Position numbers and translations under genes: made by a program | Shown here: positions 9,792 to 20,540 of the stretch, in pieces | How positions within the stretch are numbered: position 1 is the stretch's first letter | Layout: each line of letters starts with the position of its first letter | Assembly: GCA_963828525.1 (NCBI GenBank) | Contig: CAWHEP010000009.1 | Location: forward strand, 320,001 to 384,000 | Direction: 5' to 3' | DNA length: 64,000 nt | Origin: an uncultured Verrucomicrobiae bacterium | GTDB lineage: Bacteria; Verrucomicrobiota; Verrucomicrobiia; Chthoniobacterales; Chthoniobacteraceae | Notes under the pieces: model-generated | Seen by the model: only the letters and a program-made list of their open reading frames with translations | Databases searched by the model: none | What the model was told of the DNA's origin: nothing

Positions 9792-10937
9792 CTAAATCCT
9801 TGGGGTTACCCTCGCCTGGAGGCGCGCGGTCGTTCGATCCCCCGTATCCCCAATTCCCTGCCTATAGATATTCGCGAGGATGCCCACTCCGAGCAGGCAG
9901 AAGACAAGATTCGAGCCTCCGTAGCTAATATAAGGGAGCGGCAAACCCTTGTTAGGCAGTAACGAAGTGGTGACTCCGATATTTACCGCTGCCTGAAGGG
10001 AAATCATGGAGACAATTCCGCAGCCAAGCAACATTCCAAATCTGTCGCGTGATCGGATTGCGATCACCGTTCCACACACGATGAGGACTATATAGCAGAA
10101 AACAATGAGAAGAGTATAACGCAGGCCAAGTTCTTCTCCGATCATCGGAAGAATAAAATCGGTGTGAGCGAAGGGCACATACATCATCTTCTGCGTGCCG
10201 TTCCCGAGTCCGTGGCCCTCAATGCCGCCGGAGCCGAAGGCGATTAGTGCCTGGTATTGCTGAAGGCCCACGCCTTGCTTGTATTTCTCGGGATCGAGGA
10301 ACGCCATCAGGCGGCCATGCCTTTCCTTGATGTGCATGGCGGCATAAAGGATGCCGCCAACCCCGCTAAAAGCCAGCAATCCTATATGCAACAGGCTGCT
10401 GCCCGCGATAAACATAACAAGGAATGTTGTGCCTCCCACCAGCGCGGTGGTTCCGAGATCCACTTCACGCGCGATCAACCCCATCATCACGCCGATGACC
10501 AGGAGCGGAATCACAAATCCACGGAGAAACTGGCGTGATTCGTTGGCGTACCTAGAAAACCAATAAGCAAGGAACGCGATGGCAGCGAGCTTGCCTAACT
10601 CCGATGGTTGAAAAGCGATCACTCGAAAATTTATCCACCGGAACGATCCGTTTACTCTCATTCCAATGTGAGGAACGAAACAAAGCGCCAGAAGCAAGAG
10701 GGAAGCGCCAAACCACATCCACCATGTGCGCTGCCAAAAGTGGTAGTCAATCATTGCGGCGCAGACCGCCAAAACGAAACCGGCGCACATCCACAGACCC
10801 TGGCGCTTCACGAAATATACCGGATCTCCGTGGGTGTCCTGCGCAAACGCGCTCGTGCTGGACAGCATGATGATGCCCAGCACCAGCAGCGTGGCAACCG
10901 CGAGAAGCAGTAGATAGAAGCACTTGCGATGCATCAC
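9792..10937 (-). CDS. ftsW: SEDS peptidoglycan polymerase FtsW
   Basis: RWI...QPSELGK, AHTDFI, GEELG, KGLPLPYISYGGS. Confidence 0.95.
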   Translation of the reverse strand: MMHRKCFYLLLLAVATLLVLGIIMLSSTSAFAQDTHGDPVYFVKRQGLWMCAGFVLAVCAAMIDYHFWQRTWWMWFGASLLLLALCFVPHIGMRVNGSFRWINFRVIAFQPSELGKLAAIAFLAYWFSRYANESRQFLRGFVIPLLVIGVMMGLIAREVDLGTTALVGGTTFLVMFIAGSSLLHIGLLAFSGVGGILYAAMHIKERHGRLMAFLDPEKYKQGVGLQQYQALIAFGSGGIEGHGLGNGTQKMMYVPFAHTDFILPMIGEELGLRYTLLIVFCYIVLIVCGTVIAIRSRDRFGMLLGCGIVSMISLQAAVNIGVTTSLLPNKGLPLPYISYGGSNLVFCLLGVGILANIYRQGIGDTGDRTTARLQARVTPRI

Positions 10938-11467
10938 TCATCAGCCTTTGGCGCGGCCTTCTTCTGCGGAATACGCAGTCTTTGGCCGATCTGAAGCTTT
11001 TTGGGTTCTTCAATCTTGTTGAGCCGCACGAGAGCGTCGGAACTCACATGAAGTTTGCGCGCGATGGCGGCAAGGTTGTCTCCCTTTGCGACAGTATAGA
11101 ACTCACTGGCGGTGGATGCGGCCTCTGGTTTCCTGGAGTCGGATCCCTTTTGCGCCGCAGGAGCGCTTCTTGCCGGCGTCCGCGCCTGGTCGTCAGGGTC
11201 CGCTGTCGTTGTACCCGAATTGGGGATCGGGGGCTCCGCTTGCAAAGGACTTGCCTGGACGGGGGCCTCAAGCGGCACCGGGCGCTCCGCACGGATTTTA
11301 TCGAACACAAAGATGCCCCCGAGAGCCACGACGTGGAGGATGAGCACGACAAAGACGGCGCTCGACAACTTCATCGTTGGCTCTTCATCGTAATCGGCAG
11401 CCGGAGTCATGCGCCGGGCTACCGCGCGCAGTTTCTTTTCCTTGGATCTGAACATTGGGATTTTCAT
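10934..11467 (-). CDS. Membrane-anchored LysM peptidoglycan-binding protein
   Basis: TM helix, Pro/Ala linker, C-terminal YTVAKGDNLAAIARK...LQIGQRLRIP. Confidence 0.9.
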   Translation of the reverse strand: MKIPMFRSKEKKLRAVARRMTPAADYDEEPTMKLSSAVFVVLILHVVALGGIFVFDKIRAERPVPLEAPVQASPLQAEPPIPNSGTTTADPDDQARTPARSAPAAQKGSDSRKPEAASTASEFYTVAKGDNLAAIARKLHVSSDALVRLNKIEEPKKLQIGQRLRIPQKKAAPKADE

Positions 11468-12783
11468 TTGAGTGTTTGAACTGCCGCGCGGAATTGGTTT
11501 CCGCGGTCCGCATAGTTTTTGAACATGTCGAAAGAAGAAGTGCCTGGGGAAAACAGGACAACATCACCGGGATGAGCAGCAGCCGCCGACATCTCGACCG
11601 CCTCGGCGAGAGATCCTGCCATAATGCAATGTACCGTGTCTTTCCATTCCGCCTGGATGCGCGGAGCCATTTGCCCCAGCAAAATAGCCGCTCGCGCCTT
11701 CTCGGCGACCAGTGATGTCTGCGAACCGAAGTCAAAGCCCTTGTCCTTCCCTCCAGCGATCAGCACCACAGGACGGCTCTCGGATAGGAGCGCCTTTTCG
11801 AGCGCGTCGAGGTTGGTAGCCTTGGAGTCATTCACGTAGTCCACACCGCGGAGCTGCCTGACCAGCTCACATCGATGGGGAAGTGGTTTGTATTCCGCAA
11901 GCGATGCCGCCATCGCCTCGAGCGGCAGACCGCGCGCAAGGCCCACACCCATCGCTGCCATAAGATTTTCAGCGTTATGCAAGCCTCGCAGTTTCGTTTG
12001 ATCCATGCTCAGCACGGGAGTTCCCAGGTGACGAATCACTCCCGCCTCGAAATCGAAGTCCCCTCCCTTTTCATAGGCGCTAAACGTAATCTTTTTCGCC
12101 CTGAGCGAAGGCAGCTCGTCCCGCAGGTTTACTACAGCGAAATCCTCCGTCGTCTGATTCTCAAAAATCCTGAGCTTCGCCTCTTTATACTCCTTGAGAG
12201 TTGCATACCGATCCAGATGATCAGGGGCGAAATTCAGCCAGACGCTTACCCGCGGCCGAAAATGCCGGATTCGTTCGAGTTGGAAAGAGCTTACCTCCAC
12301 GGTCATGACATCAAGCTCCGAGCTGCCCGCTACAGTTGCCGCGAAGGACGGCCCTATATTCCCGCAAGCGAGGGTGCGGACTCCACATCCGCTCAGCATC
12401 CCGGCGACCAGTTCGGTGGTGGTTGTCTTTCCGTTGGTTCCAGTAATGGCTATAACTGGGCACGCGCAAAGGTCGAAAGACATCTCGAGTTCACCGATTA
12501 TCTCAATCTGCTGGCGGATAAAGCTCTGAACCAGCGCAGCGGAGGGATCGATGCCGGGGCTTAGAACGGCAAGATCATAATGTCCGCGGTGTTGCTCTGC
12601 CTCGACACCGGCCACCACTGCCACGCCGCGGCTTCTCATAAGGCCGACCTTGGCCCCTAACCGCTCCTCCAGCGCGCTATCCAGCACCGTCACCTTCGCT
12701 CCTTCCGCCGCGAGCAATGCGGCGGCCGCTTCACCACTTTCTCCAAAACCAAGCACGGCAATCTTTTTGTCTTTGTAACGCAC
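11464..12783 (-). CDS. murD: UDP-MurNAc-L-Ala--D-Glu ligase
   Basis: SPGI, ITGTNGKTTTT, EVSSFQL, DHLDRY, NDSKATN, SFDMFKNYADRG. Confidence 0.95.
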   Translation of the reverse strand: MRYKDKKIAVLGFGESGEAAAALLAAEGAKVTVLDSALEERLGAKVGLMRSRGVAVVAGVEAEQHRGHYDLAVLSPGIDPSAALVQSFIRQQIEIIGELEMSFDLCACPVIAITGTNGKTTTTELVAGMLSGCGVRTLACGNIGPSFAATVAGSSELDVMTVEVSSFQLERIRHFRPRVSVWLNFAPDHLDRYATLKEYKEAKLRIFENQTTEDFAVVNLRDELPSLRAKKITFSAYEKGGDFDFEAGVIRHLGTPVLSMDQTKLRGLHNAENLMAAMGVGLARGLPLEAMAASLAEYKPLPHRCELVRQLRGVDYVNDSKATNLDALEKALLSESRPVVLIAGGKDKGFDFGSQTSLVAEKARAAILLGQMAPRIQAEWKDTVHCIMAGSLAEAVEMSAAAAHPGDVVLFSPGTSSFDMFKNYADRGNQFRAAVQTLK

Positions 12784-12790
12784 ATTCTCC

Positions 12791-13909
12791 TCAGCGAAGT
12801 TTCAGAGTAGCAAGACCCAGGAAGGCGAACATGATCGAAAGGATCCAGAAACGAACAATGACAGTATTCTCCTTCCACCCCTTCAGTTCAAAATGATGAT
12901 GGATCGGCGACATAGCGAAGATTCGCTTGCCCGTAAGCTTAAAACTCGCGACCTGAAGGATCACCGAGAGCGCTTCGATCACGAAAATGCCTCCCACCAC
13001 AAGGAGAAGGAGTTCCTGTTTGCAACAGATGGCGATGACGCCCATCACCCCTCCGATCGCAAGAGAACCTGTGTCACCCATGAAGACCTTGGCTGGGTGA
13101 CAATTAAACCATAGAAACCCAAGGCCGGAGCCGACCAACGCCATGCAAATGACAGTCAGCTCGCCGGCGAAAGGATAGTAGGGGATCTGCAAGTATGTGG
13201 CGATCTTCACATTGCCGGCAACGTAAGTAAGCACGGCGTACGCAAAAGCAGCGGTTATCGTGCATCCCGTCGCGAGCCCATCGAGACCATCCGTCAGGTT
13301 GACCCCATTCGAGGTTCCTACAATGATAGCGGAATAGAATAGCAGCGTGAATGCCCCCATATTCGTGATGAGTGGCTCCTTGTAGAAGGGTACATAAAGC
13401 GTTCGGGCCTGGACGGAGATCGCCGGATTCCAAAGGAAAAATGCGGTGACTACCGCCGCCAGCGTGAATTGCGCTACGAGCTTTATCTTTCCGCTGATCC
13501 CATCCGACTTCTTTTTAGTGACCTTGAGGTAGTCATCAGCGAATCCCAGCAGACCGAGAAAGACCGTGGCGCCTATCGCAAGCCAGACCGCCGGGTTATC
13601 CGGCCGCGCCCATAGCAATGTGGAGACGACAACGGAACCGAGAAGCAGCACCCCTCCCATGGTCGGGGTTCCGCGCTTTCCTCCATGCAGTTCCGAAAGT
13701 TTGTGAACCTCTTCCTTGGTTCGGATTGGCTGCCCTATCTTTAGCGAAATGAGCTTGCGTATGACGGCTGGACCAAAGGTAAGGCAGAGCAGGAATGACG
13801 TCATGGCGGCGCCTACCGCGCGAAACGTAATATACTGGAAAACGTTGAAGGCCCGGATAAGGGTGACGGACTTGTAGGCTTCGCTGAGGAAGAACAAGTA
13901 ATACATCAT
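12791..13909 (-). CDS. mraY: Phospho-MurNAc-pentapeptide transferase
   Basis: KRGTPTMGG, NLTDGLDGL, FMGDTGS, PIHHHFE. Confidence 0.95.
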   Translation of the reverse strand: MMYYLFFLSEAYKSVTLIRAFNVFQYITFRAVGAAMTSFLLCLTFGPAVIRKLISLKIGQPIRTKEEVHKLSELHGGKRGTPTMGGVLLLGSVVVSTLLWARPDNPAVWLAIGATVFLGLLGFADDYLKVTKKKSDGISGKIKLVAQFTLAAVVTAFFLWNPAISVQARTLYVPFYKEPLITNMGAFTLLFYSAIIVGTSNGVNLTDGLDGLATGCTITAAFAYAVLTYVAGNVKIATYLQIPYYPFAGELTVICMALVGSGLGFLWFNCHPAKVFMGDTGSLAIGGVMGVIAICCKQELLLLVVGGIFVIEALSVILQVASFKLTGKRIFAMSPIHHHFELKGWKENTVIVRFWILSIMFAFLGLATLKLR

Positions 13910-15269
13910 GGCCTTTCCAGTGCCTCCACGATCTGCTCCATGCGTAGCGAACGGCTTCCCTTCACGAGGACCACGTCGCCCCCGCGCGCGACTTCGCGTA
14001 ATAATACGGCGGCTTCCTCCACTGAAGCGGCGTGGAACGTAGATGGGACCCCCTCTCGCGCGCGGCGATTGTCACCAGATCAGCTCCGTCTCCGACGCTT
14101 ATAACGCAGTCAATCCCCTCCCTCGCCGCTTTTTCTCCCACCGCGCGATGCCCTTGCTCAAATTCCGCTCCCAGTTCGTTCATGCGGCCCAACACCGCCA
14201 GCCGCCTGCGCGCCGGAATCTGGGAAAGGGTCGCAATGGCGGCAGCCACTGAATCGGGGTTGGCGTTATAGGTGTCGTCCAGAATGCGGATGTCTCTTAC
14301 GAGTTTTTGCTGCAACCTCCCTTTGGTTAGTTGCGCCTCTCGCAACCCGGCAGCCGCTTCGGCGAGGCTGCATCCGAGAAAACGGGCGGCGGCGACTGCA
14401 AGCACTGCATTTTCGACCATGTGGCAGCCCGGCACGGGGATGAAGGCTGCCGCCGAGCCGGAACAGTTCTCGATGGTAAATTCGGTTCCATCCGGCGCGG
14501 GACGCAGATTTCTCGCGCGCACCTCGCCTTGATCTATCCCGGCAAGAATCGTCCGGGCTGAGGATCGGAGGGCAATAGCCGCCGAAAACGCGTCTTTTGC
14601 ATTCAGGAACAAGGCTCCATCGGGAGGCAAAAACTCGGCAAGCTCCCCCTTCTCCCGCGCGATCGCTTCCCGGCTGCCCAAGAACTCGATGTGCGCGACG
14701 CCAATGTTTGTGATGATGCCCGCGACAGGGCGGATGAGCTTCACCAAAGGCTGGATCTCACCGGCATGGTTCATGCCAACCTCGAACACTCCAACCTCAT
14801 GCGTGGAATTCGCCTTTAGCAGCATCAACGGCACGCCAATGTGGTTGTTCAGGTTGCCTTCCGTTTTGATGACTGCGAAACGAGCCGACAGAGCGGCCGC
14901 GGCGAAATCCTTCGTGCTGGTCTTACCGTTGCTGCCTGTGATCCCGAGTGTTCTCATCGCGAGAGTGTCGCGATACCGTCCTGCGAGGAGTTGGAGTGAG
15001 GCGAGGACGTTTGCAACGCGCACAATCGGCATATCACGCGGCAGCGATTCCGGGATGACTTCCACTATCGCGGCCGCCGCCCCTCGACGGGCTGCTTCTG
15101 GCACAAAGGCGTGACCGTCGAAATTACCGCCCTTTAAGGCAAGAAACAGATCACCCGCTTTGATCGAACGAGAGTCCGTGCATACATCGGTAACGGTCGT
15201 CCCAGCATCTCCGCTGAGCAGTTCTCCGTCGGTCCAAGCCGCGATTTGAGAGAGGGTTGTTGGATTCAT
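13906..15269 (-). CDS. murF: UDP-MurNAc-tripeptide--D-Ala-D-Ala ligase (missing base in G-run near 14050)
   Basis: GITGSNGKTSTK, NNHIGVP, DDTYNANP; canonical end GDVVLVKGSRSLRMEQIV lies in another frame and stops at 13906, overlapping the mraY start. Confidence 0.93.
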
Positions 15270-15273
15270 CGGT

Positions 15274-16755
15274 TCAACCCCTCATCTCCACTGGGCGCGC
15301 CTCAGAGGCCTCTCGAGCCACAGCCACGTCATCAAAAGGGGCAACATGATCGGCAAACTCCTGATACGTTTCGTGGCCTTTGCCTGCAATGAGCACAACA
15401 TCGCGGACATCGGCCATGGCGATCGCCTTGTTTATGGCAACTCTGCGATCCACGATGACCTCGTAGTTATGATGGGAGAAACCAGTCTCAATATCCGCAA
15501 TGATGTCTTCTGGAGCTTCGTTTCTGGGATTGTCGGAAGTGACGATCGCCCAGTCCGCCAGTTCCTCCACCGCGGCCGCCATTAAAGGGCGCTTTGCTCG
15601 ATCCCGGTTGCCGCCGCATCCAAAAACAACAATCAAGCGATTTGGCGAAACGTCCCGCAGAGTCCTAATCACGTTCCTCAGCGCGTCGTCGGTATGCGCA
15701 TAGTCAACGAATACCTTGAACTGCTTTCTCCCAGGCACGGGCTCCAGCCGGCCCGGCACCGATGGCGCGTTCGCAAGGCTTAGCACCGCCGACCTCACAT
15801 CGATGCCCAACAAGGAGGCGGACGCCACCGCGGCAAGCGAGTTGTACATGTTGAAGCGGCCAATCAAAGGAAGGCGCACAAGGTAGCTTTTTTCCCGATA
15901 GTCGAGTTGATAAGATGCCCCGCTAAAATCCATGCGAAGATTGCTTGCGCGAAAATCGGCCTTCTGCCCGACGCCATAGGTGATCGCCACAGAGTCGCGC
16001 GGCAGCATGCCAAGGAGTCGCGCGCCGTAGCGATCATCTATATTAATAACGGCGCGGCCTTTTTTCCTTTGCTGTTGAAGCCCCGTAAAGAGTCGCGCCT
16101 TTGCCTCAAAGTAGGCGTCCATCGACTTGTGATAGTCGAGGTGGTCCTGCGTGAGATTGGTAAAGATGGCAACGTCGTATTCGACTCCCCGGACCCGGTC
16201 CTGCGTGAGGGCGTGCGAGGACACCTCCATGACAGCCGCCTTGCACCCCGCTGAGCGAATCTGATAGAGCAAGTCCTGCAGGTCGAGCGATTCAGGAGTG
16301 GTACGGGGGGCTGGCAGGCGACGTTCGCCAATCTCGTAACGGACGGTGCCAATCAGACCGCAGCGCAACAAGGCAGCGTCGCAGATATGCTTCAGCAGAA
16401 ACGCCGTAGTCGTCTTCCCGTTTGTGCCGGTGACTCCCGCCATTTTTAAGTGAGCGGCGGGAAACCTATAGAATGCCGCGGCAACATCGGCGAGAGCAGC
16501 CCGCGAGTTTTCCACAACGATATTGGTGACTCCGTTGTGTTTCGCTGGCATTTTTTCCGATAGCACAGCGGACGCGCCCCGAGCGACGGCGTCCGCGACA
16601 AAGGCTGCTCCATCCGCGCGCTGCCCAGGCATGGCTGCGAAAAGAAAGTTTTTCCCAACTTGTCGGGAATCGTACGCTATGCCGGCGATGTCGATTTCTG
16701 TGGAACCTTCAATAGTTCCAACCGCCACTCGGGAAAGAAGTTCGCTAAGCAGCAT
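15274..16755 (-). CDS. murE: UDP-MurNAc-dipeptide--meso-DAP ligase
   Basis: GTNGKTT, MEVSSH, DYAHT, DNPR (DAP-specific motif), AGKGHE. Confidence 0.95.
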   Translation of the reverse strand: MLLSELLSRVAVGTIEGSTEIDIAGIAYDSRQVGKNFLFAAMPGQRADGAAFVADAVARGASAVLSEKMPAKHNGVTNIVVENSRAALADVAAAFYRFPAAHLKMAGVTGTNGKTTTAFLLKHICDAALLRCGLIGTVRYEIGERRLPAPRTTPESLDLQDLLYQIRSAGCKAAVMEVSSHALTQDRVRGVEYDVAIFTNLTQDHLDYHKSMDAYFEAKARLFTGLQQQRKKGRAVINIDDRYGARLLGMLPRDSVAITYGVGQKADFRASNLRMDFSGASYQLDYREKSYLVRLPLIGRFNMYNSLAAVASASLLGIDVRSAVLSLANAPSVPGRLEPVPGRKQFKVFVDYAHTDDALRNVIRTLRDVSPNRLIVVFGCGGNRDRAKRPLMAAAVEELADWAIVTSDNPRNEAPEDIIADIETGFSHHNYEVIVDRRVAINKAIAMADVRDVVLIAGKGHETYQEFADHVAPFDDVAVAREASEARPVEMRG

Positions 16756-16764
16756 CGTCTTGAC

Positions 16765-18576
16765 TCATTTCACCTGTGTCATTGCGACTTGCGCGCCGGG
16801 ATCCACGGGAACCAGGTTTAGATGTCTGGCAGTAAGCGCGGCGACCCGCGAGAAAATCGGCGCTGACACCGCCCCCCCGTAATTTTGCTCACGCGTCGCG
16901 ACATTCGGACTGTGCAACATCACGAGGCATACGAACTGCGGGTCATTTGCCGGAAGCATTCCAGCGAAGGAAAGGACATACTTGTCGGGAAGGTAAGTCT
17001 TGTTTGGACCGACAGTCTGGGCGGTACCCGTCTTTCCGGCGGCTTCAAAGCCGGGCACTGCCGAGCCAAACGCGGTACCGTTCTTAAGAAAAACGCCCTT
17101 GAGAGCGTCTCTGGTTTCGCGCGCTGCTTCTTCGGAGATTACCTGCCGCACAACCACAGGATGAATCGTGGTGACCGTGGAGCCGTCGTTGTCCGCAATT
17201 TCGTGAATGATCTGAGGCATCATCAAACGCCCTCCGTTTGCGATCACTGACATCGCGGTTACAAGTTGAAGAGGGGTAACGCACACCTCCTGGCCCATCG
17301 GGATGCGGGTTATTGAAATATTGCTCCACCGGAAGGGTGGTTCTATCCTCCCCCTGATTTCCCCGGGCAAGGCAACATCCGTGGGATCGCCGAAACCGAA
17401 CGCTCGCGCGTAATCATAAAGCCTCTGCTCCCCGAGCATGAGGCCGATCTTGGCGGCGCCAACATTACTAGACCTTGCGAGTATATCGTTGGTAGTAAGC
17501 TGGTCGAAAGGTTTGTGATCGTGCAGCGTTCTGCCCTTGTATTTGAAGTGCCCGTGTTCGCAGTATATCACGGTGTCCGGGCGAAGGATTTTCTCACTGA
17601 AAGCTGCGCCGGCAGCGACAATCTTGAAGACAGATCCCGGCTCAACGGAGCCTGAGACGGAGAAGTTCAGCCGGTTTCGCGTCTGGCTTTCGCCGATATT
17701 GCCCAAATCGAAATTGGGGCGGCTCGACATGGCGAGGATCTCACCCGTCTTGGGCTGCATGATGATGATTGACGCCATCGACGGCCTGTATTGCTTGACG
17801 GCGTCATCCAATTCCTTTTCGACGATGCTCTGAAGCGTCATGTCGATGGTCAGCCGGATATTGTGACCCGGCATCGCGGGCTTCTCGCGGGAACCATGTT
17901 CGACTAATTCGTTCCCTGTCCTGTCATGCTCAAAAAAGCGGCATCCGTTGTATCCGCGCAGGAACGAGTCGGCGCTCTTTTCGATTCCATCTACTCCGTT
18001 ATGCTCGCTATCGGTAAAGCCCAGAACATGGCAAAGCATTGGGCCATTAGGGTAGACGCGAACCCAGTCGGGCTGGAAGAAGATGCCGCGCAAAGAGTGC
18101 TTCTTCATCTCCGCCAGGAGAGAAATGGCGGCTTCCTCTGGAATGGATCCGGATCTGCTCAGATTTCGATAACAAAATCCCGGTGGTATTTTCGCCCCCT
18201 TCCCATCATTCCTCGCCTTCCTCGCTTGCGCCGCCATGCTCTGCAATTGCAGAAGCTCTGCCTCCACATCGCCCTTCTCGCGTCCGAGAGGTTTTGCGAG
18301 GAGTTCCGCCAGAGCGGCGGCGTTATTTACCAATGATCCATCGGCAAACACCCGTTCGATTGGGACATTTTCCGCGAGCACCTCTCCATTGACATCGGAG
18401 ATCGTCCCCCGGGGGGCGTAGAGTATCTCCTTCGTGGAATGCTTCTCGTCAGCCAGCTTCGCATACTCCTCGTGTTTGACGATATGGAGATATTCAAGCC
18501 TTGTTGAGAAGCCCGTGAAGAGAATGCTCAATCCAAAGCAGGCGGTGAGTGCCCGCGCCTTGGCGTTCCACTTCAT
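16765..18576 (-). CDS. ftsI: Class B penicillin-binding protein (FtsI/PBP3)
   Basis: RGTISD, RVYP, EPGSVFK (SxxK), SSN, KTGTAQ. Confidence 0.9.
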   Translation of the reverse strand: MKWNAKARALTACFGLSILFTGFSTRLEYLHIVKHEEYAKLADEKHSTKEILYAPRGTISDVNGEVLAENVPIERVFADGSLVNNAAALAELLAKPLGREKGDVEAELLQLQSMAAQARKARNDGKGAKIPPGFCYRNLSRSGSIPEEAAISLLAEMKKHSLRGIFFQPDWVRVYPNGPMLCHVLGFTDSEHNGVDGIEKSADSFLRGYNGCRFFEHDRTGNELVEHGSREKPAMPGHNIRLTIDMTLQSIVEKELDDAVKQYRPSMASIIIMQPKTGEILAMSSRPNFDLGNIGESQTRNRLNFSVSGSVEPGSVFKIVAAGAAFSEKILRPDTVIYCEHGHFKYKGRTLHDHKPFDQLTTNDILARSSNVGAAKIGLMLGEQRLYDYARAFGFGDPTDVALPGEIRGRIEPPFRWSNISITRIPMGQEVCVTPLQLVTAMSVIANGGRLMMPQIIHEIADNDGSTVTTIHPVVVRQVISEEAARETRDALKGVFLKNGTAFGSAVPGFEAAGKTGTAQTVGPNKTYLPDKYVLSFAGMLPANDPQFVCLVMLHSPNVATREQNYGGAVSAPIFSRVAALTARHLNLVPVDPGAQVAMTQVK

Positions 18577-18941
18577 TTTGCAATCTCCGTGTTGGAAACG
18601 GCCTGGATTTCACTCGCCGCAGAGCGGGCCTGGCTGGCGTTGATCCTGACAATCCGTTCATCTGCTATCGCTATCATTTTAATGAAGCCTTCGTTTAACC
18701 TGTTTTGCAGCACTCTCCGTGAGGAAAGGGACGATATCCTGCTTCGAAGCGCCTCATTCTGCGACTCAAGCGTGTTGAGTTCCTGCGTCAAAGTCGTGAT
18801 TCTCCTACCGGTGGTATGCAGTTGATTCTTGAGAAAGACGTAGCTGAGACCTACCGCGATGACGAACACCGCGGCTACTACAAACCGGGTGATTGAGGCC
18901 ACCTCGATTACGTTTGCATGCATTCTACGATTGCGTGACAT
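18573..18941 (-). CDS. ftsL: FtsL-like protein
   Basis: Short TM plus coiled coil, between rsmH and ftsI; positional call. Confidence 0.65.
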   Translation of the reverse strand: MSRNRRMHANVIEVASITRFVVAAVFVIAVGLSYVFLKNQLHTTGRRITTLTQELNTLESQNEALRSRISSLSSRRVLQNRLNEGFIKMIAIADERIVRINASQARSAASEIQAVSNTEIAK

Positions 18942-18944
18942 GAT

Positions 18945-19976
18945 TTATAATTTCTCTACCACCCTCAGTTTCGCGCTCCTGGCTCTGACGTTGCGCTTCT
19001 GTTCCTGCTCTGTGGCGACGATTGGTTTGCGGGTTACCTGTTTGAACATGCGCTCCGGATTCTTGCGGGCTTCCGGCCATTCGGGGCGGTCAATCCATTC
19101 AGCGCTCCTTGTTTTAAAAAACGTTTTCACGATCCGATCTTCCAGAGACTGAAAAGTTATTACCGCGAGCCTGCCGCCTGGCGTCAAACGCTCGGCAAGT
19201 TGCTCGAGCCCTTCCCCGAGCGCTTCCAACTCCCGGTTCACGGCGATTCGCAAAGCCTGGAAAACGCGCGTAGCCGGATGAGTCTTTCCATGACGACCTA
19301 TGGACTTCTCGACCACTCGGGCGAGCTGCAGCGTCTCTCGAAAGGGCTGCGACAATCGTTCACGCGTGATCACGCCAGCGAGGCGTCGCGCCGCGGGCTC
19401 TTCCCCAAAGTTTCTGAAGATCGCCTCCAACTGCTCCGCGCTCGCGTTGTTCACCAAATCCGCGGCTGTCACCTGCCCGGCTTGATCCATCCTCATGTCA
19501 AGCGGACCATTGCGCTGGAAGCTGAACCCCCGCTCGGCTGAATCGACCTGGCGGGAACTGATTCCGAGATCAAGAAGCGCTCCATCCACTTTACCAACTC
19601 CGAGTCTCTCCAGGATTTCGTTCACGTCCCTGAAGTTGCCGCGCGCAGCCTGGAACCTGCCGTCCCAATCTCCCAGCAATTCCAAGGCGAACGCCACCGC
19701 GTCAGGATCTTGATCGATCCCGATCACAGTCGCGCCCTTCTGGAGGAGCGCGCGGCTGTGCCCTCCACCTCCGAGCGTCGCGTCGACAATCGTCTTGTTG
19801 AGCGAAGGGCAGAGCAGTTCGATTGTTTCCTCCACCAGGACGGGGATGTGGTATCTCGCCGGTTCATCTTTGAGCGGGGTCTCGACAGACGTTCCGGCTG
19901 GCGCCCGACTTATTCGCTCGTCTCTTCCCAAAAGGCCGGCATTATCGGCTGATGAAAGGTGTGAAACGGGCCTCAT
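18945..19976 (-). CDS. rsmH: 16S rRNA m4C1402 methyltransferase (start uncertain)
   Basis: HIPVL, DATLGGGGHS, DLGISS, RGFSF, PLDMRMD, RSAKLR. Confidence 0.95.
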   Translation of the reverse strand: MRPVSHLSSADNAGLLGRDERISRAPAGTSVETPLKDEPARYHIPVLVEETIELLCPSLNKTIVDATLGGGGHSRALLQKGATVIGIDQDPDAVAFALELLGDWDGRFQAARGNFRDVNEILERLGVGKVDGALLDLGISSRQVDSAERGFSFQRNGPLDMRMDQAGQVTAADLVNNASAEQLEAIFRNFGEEPAARRLAGVITRERLSQPFRETLQLARVVEKSIGRHGKTHPATRVFQALRIAVNRELEALGEGLEQLAERLTPGGRLAVITFQSLEDRIVKTFFKTRSAEWIDRPEWPEARKNPERMFKQVTRKPIVATEQEQKRNVRARSAKLRVVEKL

Positions 19977-20434
19977 ATTCCTGCAGACGTCGCAATTTTT
20001 TTGTAGATGGCCATGTCGTCGGGTTCAGCGCGACGAAGCGCTTCTGGACTCCAAATTTCGAACCGGCTGAACGCTCCGATCAAAGTCACCTCCCCTTTGA
20101 ACCCGAGCTTCTCGCAATAGTCAGCGGGCAGCAGCAACCGCCCGTGACTGTCCAGCACACAACTGCGCGCCCTTCCGGAGTATCGACGAAGAAAGCTCCT
20201 CCGCTCCCTTGGCGGGAATTGGCTCCCATCTTCGATGGCTTTTGCGACCTTATCGAACTCCGCGCGTGGCATTACGCAGAGAAATGGATCAAGTTCGTCA
20301 GGAACCATATGGAACTCATCGGCCATATCCTTACTTCTCCACCCGGCAGGGATGGTGATCCGATTCTTGATGTCGATCGAGTGCTGAAACTCGCCCGAAA
20401 AAGAAACCGGTCGCGTTGGGATATTTTCGGGCAT
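19973..20434 (-). CDS. mraZ: Division/cell-wall cluster transcriptional repressor MraZ
   Basis: FSGEFQHSIDIKNRITIP and LDSHGRLLLP (two DxxxR motifs), FEIW. Confidence 0.92.
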   Translation of the reverse strand: MPENIPTRPVSFSGEFQHSIDIKNRITIPAGWRSKDMADEFHMVPDELDPFLCVMPRAEFDKVAKAIEDGSQFPPRERRSFLRRYSGRARSCVLDSHGRLLLPADYCEKLGFKGEVTLIGAFSRFEIWSPEALRRAEPDDMAIYKKIATSAGI

Positions 20435-20450
20435 GATTCGGGATGAGAGA

Positions 20451-20493
20451 ACCACCTTCTCCCACAACGGCCCATTTTGATCCACTTTGCCAC
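20451..20493 (-). promoter_or_regulatory. MraZ-binding direct repeats (GTGG-type boxes)
   Basis: Minus strand GTGGC-GTGGA-ATGGG-GTGGG-GTGGT; four boxes exactly 10 bp apart (+ positions 20451, 20461, 20471, 20481) just upstream of mraZ. Confidence 0.75.
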
Positions 20494-20540
20494 TTTCGGT
20501 CAATGAATTTCACGGAATTGCCCGTTTTATTTTCGGATCC

